Assembly: GCA_964356315.1 (NCBI GenBank)
Contig: CAYHHA010000002.1
Location: forward strand, 3,824 to 67,823
Source of the DNA: an uncultured Gammaproteobacteria bacterium
GTDB taxonomy: Bacteria > Patescibacteriota > Microgenomatia > UBA10105 > UBA927
Direction of reading: 5' to 3'
Length of the DNA: 64,000 nt
Positions 54,183 through 64,000 of this stretch are shown here, piece by piece. The notes under the pieces are model-generated. The model had not been told where the DNA came from. It searched no databases and worked only from the letters and a program-made list of their open reading frames with translations. The translations under genes and the position numbers were made by a program. Position 1 is the first letter of the stretch; every line of letters begins with the position of its first letter.

Positions 54183-56420
54183 TTACCGTATGTAGGTTTG
54201 TGTGTGTTCGGGATGTTGACAATCCAAACAATATTCTGAAAGCGCATCACGAATCACCATTTTTTCTTGTGGTTCAACGTTTGCCCCTGATTTATTTGGA
54301 ACGACGATGTCACCCGTATCTTTGTCTATAAGGACCGATTTTTTTAATTGCTCACGTTCCGTTGGTACTGTCCCTTTGATAAAATATTCAAACCGTATAG
54401 AGCAACCTGGATCATCACCATCTTTTGGTGGAAGAAGCCCAGTCATGGAGCATACACGAGCTCCGACGATACCATCTGGTTGTTTGGGCCATATATCAGA
54501 TTTTCCTTCAAGCACTTTCACCATGAGATCATGCCATATTGGCGCTGCTCCTGTAACGCCCGAAACTAACGCAGGATTCATCGGAGAATTGTCATTGTTA
54601 CCAACCCACGTGGCAACAAGAAATTGAGGAGTAAATCCAATCGTCCAGTTATCGCGAAGATCATCTGTCGTGCCAGTTTTTACCGAAACGGCGTGTTTTG
54701 GTATGACCAATTCTGAATTTGATCCAAATGCATCCATGCGAGCGTTATTGTCCAGAAGTATGTGGGAAATCAAAAACGCAGTCTCGGGGGAAATGATTCG
54801 CGGTCCTTGTAAGAGAAGTTGAGAGGGGATTTCTTGAGTAAGATTTTGATCTTTGTATTCTTCTGTAATTTTTCCATTTTTATCTGTGACCTTTAGGATG
54901 GAAACGAGATTCTTTCGGATGCCTCCATTTGCAAAAACGCCAAATGCTTCTGCCATATCAGTCATGTGCACCTCACCGCCTCCAAGCGTTAGTGAAAGCC
55001 CATATTGCTTTGGATCTTTGAGTGTATCTAGGCCAAACCCGCTGGCTGATGCTACCATAGCTTCAACTGTGTTTAGTTTTAACATCTTTACTGCTGGGAT
55101 ATTCAACGAATTTCCAAGTGACATGCGAAGGGCGACTGGTCCATGGAATTTCCCATCGTAATTTTTTGGACAATACGATGGTTGATTTATCACACCAAAA
55201 CAGGTAGGAATATCCAGAAATATGGTTGCCGCTGTTACTTTTTTCGTATCTAGACCAATGGCATAATTAATAGGCTTGATTGAAGATCCTGGTTGGCGAA
55301 GGGCAGTTGTGACATTATAGCTTCCTGATGGTGTTGCAAAGTAATCCGTGCTTCCAATCATCGCAAGAATCTCTCCGGTAGCAGGCTTGGTAATAAGTGC
55401 GGCTCCATTTCCTACACGTAAATATGATATTTTTTCAATTTCTGATGAAACTGTTGCCTGTGCATATTCCTGAAGACTTAGATCTAACGTCGTGATCACT
55501 TTAAGTCCGCCACGTTCGACAATCGCATCCCCGAATTTTTGGATAAGCTGATCTTTGACATACATAACAAAATGACCAGCTTTCAGTCCAGTATCTTTTT
55601 TGAATATAATTTCTTCTTTTGCGGCTCTGTCGGCTTGATCTTGTGAAATATATTTATCCGTCACCATGCGTTTGAGTACGTCTTTTTGCCTTTCTTTTGC
55701 ATATTCAGGATGTGCGCCAAATGGTGAGTATAGTGATGGCGCCTGTGGAAGACCAGCGAGAAGCGACGCTTCAGCAAGTGACAGATCTTTTACTTTTTTT
55801 CCATAATACCGCTCTGCTGCAGATTCTACTCCCCATGCCGTCCCACCATATGGAACTTGATTCAGGTAAAGCTCTAGTATCTTGTTTTTCGGATATATTG
55901 CCTCAACCCAAATTGCCAGAATGATCTCTTTGATTTTTCTGGTGATGGTCCTTTCCGGGGTAAGGAGAGCTGACTTGACGAGTTGTTGTGTGATTGTTGA
56001 CCCCCCTTGGAGCTTGTGCCCTGTGAGTGTCGCAGTCGCGGCTCTCAAGATTCCTCCAATTGGGTTTATTCCTTGATGGGTGTAAAAATCTTTATCCTCG
56101 ATGGATATGGTTGCTTGCTGGAGATATTTCGGTATTTCCGTAAGTGAAACAGCAGTTCGATTTTGATCAGCAAATATATCGTATAATAATTTCCCATTGC
56201 GATCATATATTTTTGTCGCAAGGGGGATATCGTATGTCCCAAGAGAAGCCGGAGATGGGAGATCTTTAAATATTAGAAGGTAAATAAATATAACGAGACA
56301 AAGAGGAATAATTAAAAAAATATATTTAAAAGACCTGTGTTGAATAATCCGATGATGAATCGGTTTTTTTGAGTGATGTTGTTTTTTTTCTTCGGTATGG
56401 GTGCTGTGATGTGCTTTCAC
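54183..56420 (-). CDS. class A penicillin-binding protein (paralog)
   Basis: ISIEDKDFYTHQGI, STITQQL, SSIKP, SLGN, KTGTT. His-rich N-tail, then a TM. Confidence 0.9.
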   Translation of the reverse strand: MKAHHSTHTEEKKQHHSKKPIHHRIIQHRSFKYIFLIIPLCLVIFIYLLIFKDLPSPASLGTYDIPLATKIYDRNGKLLYDIFADQNRTAVSLTEIPKYLQQATISIEDKDFYTHQGINPIGGILRAATATLTGHKLQGGSTITQQLVKSALLTPERTITRKIKEIILAIWVEAIYPKNKILELYLNQVPYGGTAWGVESAAERYYGKKVKDLSLAEASLLAGLPQAPSLYSPFGAHPEYAKERQKDVLKRMVTDKYISQDQADRAAKEEIIFKKDTGLKAGHFVMYVKDQLIQKFGDAIVERGGLKVITTLDLSLQEYAQATVSSEIEKISYLRVGNGAALITKPATGEILAMIGSTDYFATPSGSYNVTTALRQPGSSIKPINYAIGLDTKKVTAATIFLDIPTCFGVINQPSYCPKNYDGKFHGPVALRMSLGNSLNIPAVKMLKLNTVEAMVASASGFGLDTLKDPKQYGLSLTLGGGEVHMTDMAEAFGVFANGGIRKNLVSILKVTDKNGKITEEYKDQNLTQEIPSQLLLQGPRIISPETAFLISHILLDNNARMDAFGSNSELVIPKHAVSVKTGTTDDLRDNWTIGFTPQFLVATWVGNNDNSPMNPALVSGVTGAAPIWHDLMVKVLEGKSDIWPKQPDGIVGARVCSMTGLLPPKDGDDPGCSIRFEYFIKGTVPTEREQLKKSVLIDKDTGDIVVPNKSGANVEPQEKMVIRDALSEYCLDCQHPEHTQTYIR

Positions 56421-56504
56421 ATCTTTATTATACCAGTTTCCTGTTTTGAATCATTACTCATATATGGTATATATAGGTAAGTATTTGTTGTAAGGAGGAA
56501 TGAT

Positions 56505-57110
56505 ATGTTTACTGTCTCTGATTTGCCATACGCATACAACGCACTTGAACCGTTTATTGATGAACAGACAATGCATATTCATCATGAAAAACATCATGCT
56601 GCGTATGTAAAAAATTTAAATGATGCCTTGATAGGGCAGGAAGAACTACTTTCTCTCCCTGTTGAGGAATTGCTTGCGGATTTGCTTCAGGTCCCTGAGG
56701 AGCTTCGGAGTAAAGTGAGAAATCACGGAGGAGGACACGCAAACCATACGATGTTCTGGGAAAGTATGGCGCCAAATGCAGGAGGAGAGCCTGTCGGGGA
56801 ATTAAAAAAAGCTATCATTGCAACATACGAAAGTTTTAGTGCATTTCAAGAGAAATTCACTGCAGCTGCTTTGGGACGTTTTGGTAGTGGATGGGCATGG
56901 CTCAGTGTAGATAAAGGTCGTTTAGTGATCGAAGATACCGCAAATCAAGATTCGCCACTTTTGGAGGGGAGAATGCCACTACTCGGAATAGATGTATGGG
57001 AGCATGCGTATTATTTGAAATATAAAAACGTGAGAGCTGACTATATAAAGAATTGGTGGAATGTAGTTAATTGGAAAGAGATTGAGAAGCGATTCAGTCA
57101 AGCGCTGTAG
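56505..57110 (+). CDS. Fe/Mn superoxide dismutase
   Basis: LPYAYNALEPFIDEQTMHIHHEKHH...DVWEHAYYL. Confidence 0.92.
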   Translation: MFTVSDLPYAYNALEPFIDEQTMHIHHEKHHAAYVKNLNDALIGQEELLSLPVEELLADLLQVPEELRSKVRNHGGGHANHTMFWESMAPNAGGEPVGELKKAIIATYESFSAFQEKFTAAALGRFGSGWAWLSVDKGRLVIEDTANQDSPLLEGRMPLLGIDVWEHAYYLKYKNVRADYIKNWWNVVNWKEIEKRFSQAL

Positions 57111-57136
57111 TACATATTCAAATCGGCGTATCAGAT

Positions 57137-57850
57137 ATGAATGTGTCCACTGACTTTACCAAAGAGTATTGTATTGCATTTGCCCAGCATAATGGAGGTA
57201 AACCTCAGGAAGATTGCGTTACTATTTTCAATTCCGAATGTATCGCTATTGCTGATGGGGTAAGTGTTATGCCTCATGGAGATATTGCTTCTTCGTTTGT
57301 GTGTGAAACTGCTATATGGGCGTATAAGCATGTACGTCAGCGCCCGTATTACTGGGAAGAAAAAACTAAATTATTACAGAGAATTTTCCGCACAACCAAT
57401 TTATCCTTATGGCAAAAAAGGAAAGAATCTGATTTTGAGGATGGATTGGCTTCAACATTATGCATGGCAATATTCGGCAAGCATAAATTTTGGATCGGTG
57501 CTGTTGGAGATGGACGTGTGTACTTAATACGAGAAGGCCTTGTAGAAGAGTTGGTATCGCCGGAATCACAGTCATCTCTGCAGATCCCCATGGCACTTGG
57601 ATATCAAAAGACAGGTATTTTACCAAGATTAGTCTCAGAGCGGTTTATCGCAGGCGATGTACTGCTTCTTGCTACAGATGGAGCGTCTGACGTGTTAACT
57701 GAAGAGGATATACGGAGTGCTTGTGAGATCATTGGCGATACTCAGAAATCTTGCGAGGATGGAGTTCAATATATATTGAAGCGTTCATTAGAGCGTGGGA
57801 GCAAGGAGAACGGGTCAGTATGCATGGTAAAGCATTGTTCTTTGAAATAA
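57137..57850 (+). CDS. PP2C-type Ser/Thr protein phosphatase
   Basis: IADGVSVMPHGDIAS and LLATDGASDVLTEEDI (PPM motifs). Confidence 0.75.
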   Translation: MNVSTDFTKEYCIAFAQHNGGKPQEDCVTIFNSECIAIADGVSVMPHGDIASSFVCETAIWAYKHVRQRPYYWEEKTKLLQRIFRTTNLSLWQKRKESDFEDGLASTLCMAIFGKHKFWIGAVGDGRVYLIREGLVEELVSPESQSSLQIPMALGYQKTGILPRLVSERFIAGDVLLLATDGASDVLTEEDIRSACEIIGDTQKSCEDGVQYILKRSLERGSKENGSVCMVKHCSLK

Positions 57851-57892
57851 TGGTGCTTTACAAATGTGATTTCGTCACTCTATACTAACTCT

Positions 57893-59377
57893 ATGCCTGC
57901 CGATTTCTTTGAACCAATAAGTAATAATGGTATTCCACCAATCTATCGATATTTCGATGGAAAAGACTGGGTGGAGAGTAAAAGTGGAAAGCGCGTTTCT
58001 GTATTATCCCCGATAGATGGATCCGTAGTTGGAGAAACTCAGGTTGTCACTCACGAAGAGATAGATGCTGCGCTCGAAAAAAATATCAGCGCTCAGCGGA
58101 AATGGGAAGCAACTCCTTTGAATGAACGAGTAAAGATTGTTCATCTTGCTGCAGATTGGACCATGCATTATCTCGATTATTTAGCTGCACTACTCGCTCG
58201 GGAAGTCGGAAAAACGATGAGCGAAGCGAAAAGTGAAATAAAAAGAACTGCAGAGCTCACAGATTATTTCGCTGACGAAGTGCAATCCATACGTGGAGAA
58301 ACGCTCGATAGTGATAATTTCCCAGGATATGACAAAGGACGAATTGCTGTGATAGAGCGAGTGGCTCATGGTGTTATCCTCGCAATTGCACCATACAATT
58401 ATCCAGTGAATTTAACAGGGAGTAAGATCGCTCCAGCTCTTCTTATGGGAAATAGTGTTATCGTGAAACCACCAACGCAGGGTTGTATCAGTGCACTCCA
58501 CCTTGTGAGAATTTTCGAAAAAGCAGGTGTTCCAGAGGGTGTAATGACGTGTATAACTGGTGGTGGGAGTGATATCGGAGATTATGTGGTCGCACATCCA
58601 AAAGTGCACATGGTCGCATTTACGGGAAATTCTGATACAGGCATGGCAATTGCTAGCAAAGCCGCTATGAAACCATTGTTGTTTGAATGTGGTGGTAACA
58701 ATGCAACCATTGTATTTCCTGATGCAGATATGATTTTGACGGCAAAAGAAATCATAAAAGGCGGATATGCATACGCCGGACAACGATGTACAGGTATTAA
58801 ATACGTCATGGGAACTCAAAGTGTTTTAGATCAGTTGCTTCCAGTAGTATTAGATCAAATGAAAGAATCTGTTCACATGGGCGATCCAAGAGATGCATCT
58901 ACAAAACTTGTTGGACCAGTCGTGACCTTGAAAAATGCAGAGTCTATTGAACGAGACATTAACGATGCGATTGCAGAGGGTGCAACCGTCGCAACCGGTG
59001 GCCATCGAAAAGACGCGTATATCGAGCCAACTATTTTAACTAATGTGAAACCAACGATGAAGATTATCTCAACAGAGGTATTTGGACCTGTCATATCGTT
59101 TGTAACGATTGGTGACATGAATGAGGCAGCTGAGATTGTAAACAAGCAGAGATTTGGACTTCAAGCGTGTGTGTTTACCAAAGATGAAGGAACTGGTTTG
59201 AAATATGCTGAATTATTGAACGTCGGAACAGTGCAAATAAATGGATCTCCACAACGCGGACCAGATCATTTTCCATTCCTTGGAGTGAAGCAATCAGGAA
59301 TTGGCGTGCAAGGCGTACGGTATTCACTCGAGGCCATGTCACGACTGAAGCCTGTTGTTATAAATAAACCTCAGTAA
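57893..59377 (+). CDS. aldehyde dehydrogenase, GapN-like (non-phosphorylating NADP-dependent GAPDH)
   Basis: ALDH Glu box FECGGNNATIV and Cys box GQRCTGIKYV. GapN-like N-terminus YRYFDGKDWVESKSG. ATG 57893 chosen; GTG 57866 also possible. Confidence 0.8.
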   Translation: MPADFFEPISNNGIPPIYRYFDGKDWVESKSGKRVSVLSPIDGSVVGETQVVTHEEIDAALEKNISAQRKWEATPLNERVKIVHLAADWTMHYLDYLAALLAREVGKTMSEAKSEIKRTAELTDYFADEVQSIRGETLDSDNFPGYDKGRIAVIERVAHGVILAIAPYNYPVNLTGSKIAPALLMGNSVIVKPPTQGCISALHLVRIFEKAGVPEGVMTCITGGGSDIGDYVVAHPKVHMVAFTGNSDTGMAIASKAAMKPLLFECGGNNATIVFPDADMILTAKEIIKGGYAYAGQRCTGIKYVMGTQSVLDQLLPVVLDQMKESVHMGDPRDASTKLVGPVVTLKNAESIERDINDAIAEGATVATGGHRKDAYIEPTILTNVKPTMKIISTEVFGPVISFVTIGDMNEAAEIVNKQRFGLQACVFTKDEGTGLKYAELLNVGTVQINGSPQRGPDHFPFLGVKQSGIGVQGVRYSLEAMSRLKPVVINKPQ

Positions 59378-59589
59378 TTTTAGTGATACCTCTTAGATTT
59401 TTTTTCCTCTATTTTTTGTAAGACCTCAATTGATATATCCAAATAGGAAGCGATAGAAGTCGATATTCATTATTACTGATCGAATATCACAGTGATTTTA
59501 GCTATGTCTTCCGTTATTTGATAACAGGATTTTATGTTACCGTGTTTTAAAACAAGATAACATAACTATCAACAAACTTCTGTACGTTT

Positions 59590-60192
59590 TTAGCGTTTTT
59601 CAAATAAGAACATTGTGCCTACTCCATACTTGTGTTTATATGGATGTTTCCATAATAAGGAAAATGTATTTGATGATATTGGTATCTGTGTTAGTAAGAC
59701 GCGTGACCCCTGTTTTAATGTATTGAGTTGTTTCAGTAAATCACCTTTCAGTTGTTGTTCTAGCGTAGGTGGATGGATGCTTATATAGACAAAATCCGTG
59801 CTTATCAGAGAAACATTAAAATAATTTTTTTGCTTAAATAATATATGATCAGTCATCACTTCTGGAATCAGCGATAGTATTTTTTGAGCCATTGTTGCAG
59901 TCATGTGGAGTTCTGATAATTCTTCAACGCCGATTGCTTGTTTTAAATATGGAAACATCAATCCAGTGATTAATACTTTTTCTCCGATTCCAGATCCTAA
60001 ATCGATAAATGTCTGATCCGGTTTTAGATGAGCTTTCGTGAGTGTTTCATAGTAGCTTTCAATAGTAGCACCTCCGTATTGGTATGCATCTTCCTGAAAC
60101 GAATGTAATTTTTGCGCCCGCAAAGAAAGATTGTAAGCATCTACATTTTTGTGTGCGATAGCGAGCAGTTTTATAATTTTATCGAGGTTCAT
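59590..60192 (-). CDS. hypothetical protein, possible class I SAM-dependent methyltransferase
   Basis: FIDLGSGIGEKVLITG (DxGxGxG). Overlaps the PNP stop by 1 nt (TAATG). Confidence 0.45.
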   Translation of the reverse strand: MNLDKIIKLLAIAHKNVDAYNLSLRAQKLHSFQEDAYQYGGATIESYYETLTKAHLKPDQTFIDLGSGIGEKVLITGLMFPYLKQAIGVEELSELHMTATMAQKILSLIPEVMTDHILFKQKNYFNVSLISTDFVYISIHPPTLEQQLKGDLLKQLNTLKQGSRVLLTQIPISSNTFSLLWKHPYKHKYGVGTMFLFEKR

Positions 60193-61052
60193 TACTTTGG
60201 GGAGTTAATAGTTGTAAAAAAATTTCTAAAAATTGAAAAAAGTTTTTCTTCTGTTTGTTTGCTGTTTAATACTGCCGTCACTTCCTCATGATTCGTTGCA
60301 TTTGTTCCATCTTTGGCAATGGCATTGGTAATCATTGAAACGCCGAATGTATCCATCCCGCGATTTGTAGCGATGATAATTTCCGGAACAGTAGACATCC
60401 CAACAGCATCGGCTCCCATTGCGCGAAGCATCAGGCATTCTGCTTGGGTCTCATACGTCTTTCCTGTAAGCCCTGCATATACACCTTCGTGAATCGATTG
60501 ATCGATTGATGTGAATATTTTTCGTAACCTAGGAGAATATTCTGTATTTTGCGGTTGAAAAAATGCATTTCCTCCGAAATCATGGTGTGCTCCAAGCATC
60601 GGGTTTGGTTGAAATAATCCAATATGAGATTTAATCACCATAAGGTCACCGACTTTATAGGAAGGATTTAGCCCACCCGCTGCATTGGTGGCAATATAAA
60701 GTTTGCATCCGAGAGATGCTGCGACTTGAACAGGAAACGTGACGATATCCATGGCGTTGGGTTCATGCGCTACTTCGTAATAATGTTTCCGACCTTTCAG
60801 TCCAATAATCGGTACGCCTTCAAGATATCCTGCAATCAGCGTGCCCTCATGCCCAACAACAGTGGAGACGGGGAAGTGAGGAATGTCTTTATAGGGAATA
60901 ACCGCAACAGGTTTTATAAGATCTGCAAGCTTATTGAGGCCGGAGCCAAGGGTGAGGGCGATTTTAGGAGAGAAGTTTTTTGTTTTTTTCTGAATAAAAC
61001 GAACTGTTTCATTCACCGTTGTTATATAGATATCTTTCATTATTACTCCCAT
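60192..61052 (-). CDS. purine nucleoside phosphorylase (PNP/MTAP family)
   Basis: ALTLGSGLNKLADL, GHEGTLIAG, VGMSTVPE. Confidence 0.85.
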   Translation of the reverse strand: MGVIMKDIYITTVNETVRFIQKKTKNFSPKIALTLGSGLNKLADLIKPVAVIPYKDIPHFPVSTVVGHEGTLIAGYLEGVPIIGLKGRKHYYEVAHEPNAMDIVTFPVQVAASLGCKLYIATNAAGGLNPSYKVGDLMVIKSHIGLFQPNPMLGAHHDFGGNAFFQPQNTEYSPRLRKIFTSIDQSIHEGVYAGLTGKTYETQAECLMLRAMGADAVGMSTVPEIIIATNRGMDTFGVSMITNAIAKDGTNATNHEEVTAVLNSKQTEEKLFSIFRNFFTTINSPK

Positions 61053-62563
61053 TCCATGGTTGCGGGGGGTTTTGTTGTTATGTCATATACGACTCTGGAA
61101 ACGTTTGGAACTTCGTTGACGATTCTCGATGAAATTTTCTCCAATACTTCATAAGGAATTCTCGCCCAGCGGCTGGTCATAATGTCATGCGACTCATATG
61201 CGCGTATGGCTACAACTTCTGCAAATACTCGTCCGTCTCCTTTGACTGCGGTGGAAAATGCTCCAGACATGACGGCAAAACATTGGAATACGCTTTCATA
61301 TAGATTTGCAGATTTCATTTCCTCTATAACGATCCCGTCAGCAATTTTTACCTGCTCAAGTCTTTTTGCAGTTACTTCGCCTCTAATTCTGACCGCGTAT
61401 CCAGGACCAGGAAATGGTTGTTGCATTACGAGGTCTTCCGGAATTCCAGAAAGTCTACCAAGTTCGCGTACTTCATCTTTGTATAATTCGCGAAGTGGTT
61501 CAAGCAGTTTAAATTTCATATCTGCTGGAAGTCCACCGACATTATGATGGGATTTTATTTTTGATGCATGCTTGCTCCCTTTGGATTCGATCACATCTGA
61601 ATATATAGTTCCTTGCGCAAGGAACGTGGCATCTGTATGTTTGTTTGCCTCTTGGTTAAATATATCTATGTAGAGTTTTCCGATAGCTTTGCGCTTTTCT
61701 TCAGGGTCTGTAATACCAGAGAGCGCATCTAAAAATCTTTTTTTTGCGTCGACTATGACGAGATTTGCCTGAATGAGTTTCGTAAAAATATGTTTGACAC
61801 GAGTGTCCGTCTCTGGTCTCATAAGTCCACTATCGACATATACCGGTATGAGTTTTTTGCCGATTGCTTTGCCAATCAAAAATGCTGCGACAGTGGAATC
61901 AACGCCTCCTGAAACAGCGCCGATCACCGAATTGTTTCCAACCGTTTCTTTTATTTCATCGATATGTTTTTGCGGATCAAGCACGAGGGGATTGAGCGAT
62001 TCTTTACATGCCATGACAGCAAAATTTTTGAGGAGTTCCATCCCGTGAGTAGAGTGATACGCTTCCGGATGAAACTGAATTCCATAGAGCTTTTTTTGGG
62101 TATTAATGACTGCTGCGTATTCTACCTGATGGGTGTGTCCAACAAGGGTGAATCCTGGTGGAAGTTTTGTAACGGTATCTCCATGAGACATAATGACGGA
62201 AAATTGTGTTTCCGGTAATGCAAAAATATCTGGTTGTGTATCAAAAATAATGTCTTCTGGTCCGAATTCTTTTTTGGAATGTTTCACTTCGCCACCTAAG
62301 AGGTGCGCAATGAGTTGCCAGCCGTAGCAAATCCCGAGGATCGGGATGCCAAATTCAAAAACCTTTTTATCTACCGAGAGCGTCGCGTTATCATAGCTAA
62401 TGTCGTTTGGGCCTCCGGAAAAAACAATTCCTTTAGGAGAATTTTTTTTGATCGCTGAGATGATATCCTCCGGATTTGTGTAGGCAACTTCCACGCCAAT
62501 TTGCCGGAGACGCCTACCGATAAGATGTGCAGTCTGTGAGCCAAAATCAACAACGATAATCAT
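61043..62563 (-). CDS. guaA: GMP synthase (glutamine-hydrolysing)
   Basis: GATase GICYGWQL. PP-loop GAVSGGVDS. C-terminal ...TMEWE. Confidence 0.95.
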   Translation of the reverse strand: MIIVVDFGSQTAHLIGRRLRQIGVEVAYTNPEDIISAIKKNSPKGIVFSGGPNDISYDNATLSVDKKVFEFGIPILGICYGWQLIAHLLGGEVKHSKKEFGPEDIIFDTQPDIFALPETQFSVIMSHGDTVTKLPPGFTLVGHTHQVEYAAVINTQKKLYGIQFHPEAYHSTHGMELLKNFAVMACKESLNPLVLDPQKHIDEIKETVGNNSVIGAVSGGVDSTVAAFLIGKAIGKKLIPVYVDSGLMRPETDTRVKHIFTKLIQANLVIVDAKKRFLDALSGITDPEEKRKAIGKLYIDIFNQEANKHTDATFLAQGTIYSDVIESKGSKHASKIKSHHNVGGLPADMKFKLLEPLRELYKDEVRELGRLSGIPEDLVMQQPFPGPGYAVRIRGEVTAKRLEQVKIADGIVIEEMKSANLYESVFQCFAVMSGAFSTAVKGDGRVFAEVVAIRAYESHDIMTSRWARIPYEVLEKISSRIVNEVPNVSRVVYDITTKPPATMEWE

Positions 62564-62572
62564 ATGTTTGTT

Positions 62573-63211
62573 TTATACAACTTCCGGTTGTTTTGCAAGG
62601 ACGACTTTATCATGTGCTCCAATCTCAGAAACTCGAACGCAGGAGAATGTTTTTACTCCTAATGATTCTATGTATTCTATGCCACCTTGAAATACTTTAT
62701 CGAATAATACGGCAAACCCAACAACGTTGACCCCGCGTTTTTGAAGACCGCTCACGATATGATACCCAGTTTCACCTGTCGCGCATACATCATCAATTAG
62801 TAGTACTCGGTCACCTTTTTGAACAAAGGATAAATTAATTCCAGAAAATACCTGCATCGCATCATTGCTGGTTGAGAATGAGCGGATTTCTTCGCGGTAG
62901 ACATCTTTCCAGGTTGTAGGGATATTTTGATCTTTTCGTGAACTGTGAAGACGGGTGTTTCCTCCTAATTCCAGTGCTATGGCTGTTGCCAAGTAATTAC
63001 CAGAATGAGGGATTCCATGAACGATATCAATGTCGCTGTCTTTAAATTCATTTGCAATACTTATTGCCGCAGATTTGAGAATTTGTGGTTTCATCCGAAG
63101 ATTAAATGAAGAAACGGAAATATACCCGCGATCCGGATCAATAACTTTTGCATCTCGCAAAAATTCGTCTCTCAGGAACGCGAGATCTGCTTGAAGATTG
63201 CTTGCTACCAT
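62573..63211 (-). CDS. type I phosphoribosyltransferase (purine/pyrimidine PRTase family)
   Basis: PRPP-binding VLLIDDVCATGETG. First gene of the minus-strand guaA operon. Confidence 0.65.
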   Translation of the reverse strand: MVASNLQADLAFLRDEFLRDAKVIDPDRGYISVSSFNLRMKPQILKSAAISIANEFKDSDIDIVHGIPHSGNYLATAIALELGGNTRLHSSRKDQNIPTTWKDVYREEIRSFSTSNDAMQVFSGINLSFVQKGDRVLLIDDVCATGETGYHIVSGLQKRGVNVVGFAVLFDKVFQGGIEYIESLGVKTFSCVRVSEIGAHDKVVLAKQPEVV

Positions 63212-63251
63212 AGTCTATTTTAGCGTTACTGAGCTGTTTTAGCAATTCGGT

Positions 63252-63482
63252 TTATGTAGTCGGAGCTTCCGTTGCTGCTGGTGGCGCATCCTCATCAACC
63301 TTCTGAGGTGTTGTTGGGTCTTGCTCAGTAATCTCCAATCCTTCAATACCGCTTCGGATAATCCTTAAAGGATGAGGGGATGTGTATGTTTGTGTGTCTG
63401 GTACAGGACCTCTAAATCCTCCTTGTCCTCCGCTACGCGATTCATATCGATTATCAAAAATGGATTCAGGTCTTCCTGACAT
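63252..63482 (-). CDS. hypothetical small low-complexity protein
   Basis: ORF only. Gly/Pro/Thr-rich. Confidence 0.15.
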   Translation of the reverse strand: MSGRPESIFDNRYESRSGGQGGFRGPVPDTQTYTSPHPLRIIRSGIEGLEITEQDPTTPQKVDEDAPPAATEAPTT

Positions 63483-63525
63483 ATATTCCTTTCTGCTCTC
63501 TTTAATCGAGAGCCATATTTTTGTA

Positions 63526-63798
63526 TTAGACAGCTGCTTCAGATTGAATTGGAACAGGCTCTGCTTGAAATAGTAACGCTTGCTCCTCTAATGCACTCTT
63601 GACTCTTTGTGTAATTGGTTCGCATCCTAGGTTATCAGCTATAATAGCGCCAGCTCTGACTGCTGAGGCAAGTGCTTCATTTGACATGAGCGTCCCCGGC
63701 CATCCACCACCACAGGTAATTGCACACGGCCCTCGTCCATTTGCTGCCGGGCAACCAAGAGATTCATATTTATATACTGGTTTCATAAATTTAACCAA
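63526..63798 (-). CDS. hypothetical small Cys/Gly-rich protein
   Basis: GCPAANGRGPCAITCGGGWPG. No family recognised. Confidence 0.25.
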   Translation of the reverse strand: MVKFMKPVYKYESLGCPAANGRGPCAITCGGGWPGTLMSNEALASAVRAGAIIADNLGCEPITQRVKSALEEQALLFQAEPVPIQSEAAV

Positions 63799-63870
63799 AA
63801 AAAATAGGGCGCTAAGTAAGCCCTAATATCTTTCTTATACAGCGCAAGAGGTCAAAGCGTCAAGGGGAAA

Positions 63871-64000
63871 TTATTTGGAGTAAAATTTCTTTACGAAGGA
63901 GATCTGCTCTTCGGTAAAATGCAGATTCATAAGGAACGCTTCAATTTCTTTTTCTGTTTTTCCTTCTTTTTTCAAACTCGCATAGATATTCATAACCATT
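63871..64000 (-). CDS. partial CDS (C-terminal ~42 codons of a gene running off the window end)
   Basis: In-frame minus-strand ORF ...MNIYASLKKEGKTEKEIEAFLMNLHFTEEQISFVKKFYSK with stop TAA at 63871-63873. It continues past position 64000. Confidence 0.2.
   Translation of the reverse strand, partial: MVMNIYASLKKEGKTEKEIEAFLMNLHFTEEQISFVKKFYSK

Noticed and set aside
1-64000. Alternative genetic code (UGA = Gly, as in some CPR lineages)
   Set aside because: TGA terminates many conserved genes at the expected family length (for example the HI0933 protein, the NUDIX overlap ATGA, pilB/pilC ATGA). Long ORFs close normally with TAA/TAG/TGA, so code 11 fits.
1-64000. CRISPR arrays, transposases, integrases, reverse transcriptases/DGRs, restriction-modification genes
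   Set aside because: I found no regularly spaced direct repeats and none of the corresponding catalytic motifs (DDE, tyrosine recombinase RHRY, YxDD, DPPY/PCQ). The methyltransferases present look like small-molecule or protein class I enzymes.

Overview
This 64-kb window is AT-rich, gene-dense bacterial DNA read with the standard genetic code (TGA is used as a stop, including in ATGA start/stop overlaps). The gene content is most consistent with a Patescibacteria/CPR-like organism, though this is an inference from content only. I support about 65 CDS from conserved motifs. The housekeeping set is dnaG-rpoD, lepB, queA, uppP, guaA with a purine-salvage operon, two tandem class-A PBPs, Fe/Mn SOD and a GapN-like ALDH. 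The sensory set is a cytoplasmic GAF-PAS histidine kinase and three receiver-only proteins. The envelope and surface set is a type IV pilus locus (pilB, pilC, four pilins, a PilX-like protein and an 815-aa giant pilin-like protein), a lamin-tail-domain surface protein, a cohesin-like protein, TspO, GH18, two GH130 glycosidases and a mntH-mntR pair. The only RNA gene I can support is a minus-strand tRNA whose two halves lie about 250 nt apart and are separated by a ~212-nt structured insertion with group-I-intron hallmarks. Other observations are a three-gene plus-strand cluster (GT-C-like polytopic membrane protein, radical SAM/SPASM-twitch enzyme, unusual methyltransferase) with a 20-codon uORF; a signal peptidase I fused to a CAP/YkwD domain; a SET-domain protein next to a DUF1059 protein between orphan receivers; a divergent pair (Cys/Met PLP enzyme with a long N-terminal extension and an AstE/AspA deacylase) whose start codons overlap; and an MhqE/MhqD-like dioxygenase-esterase pair. 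I found no CRISPR array, transposase, integrase or reverse transcriptase. All calls are from motif recognition by eye. No database searches or structure predictions were run.
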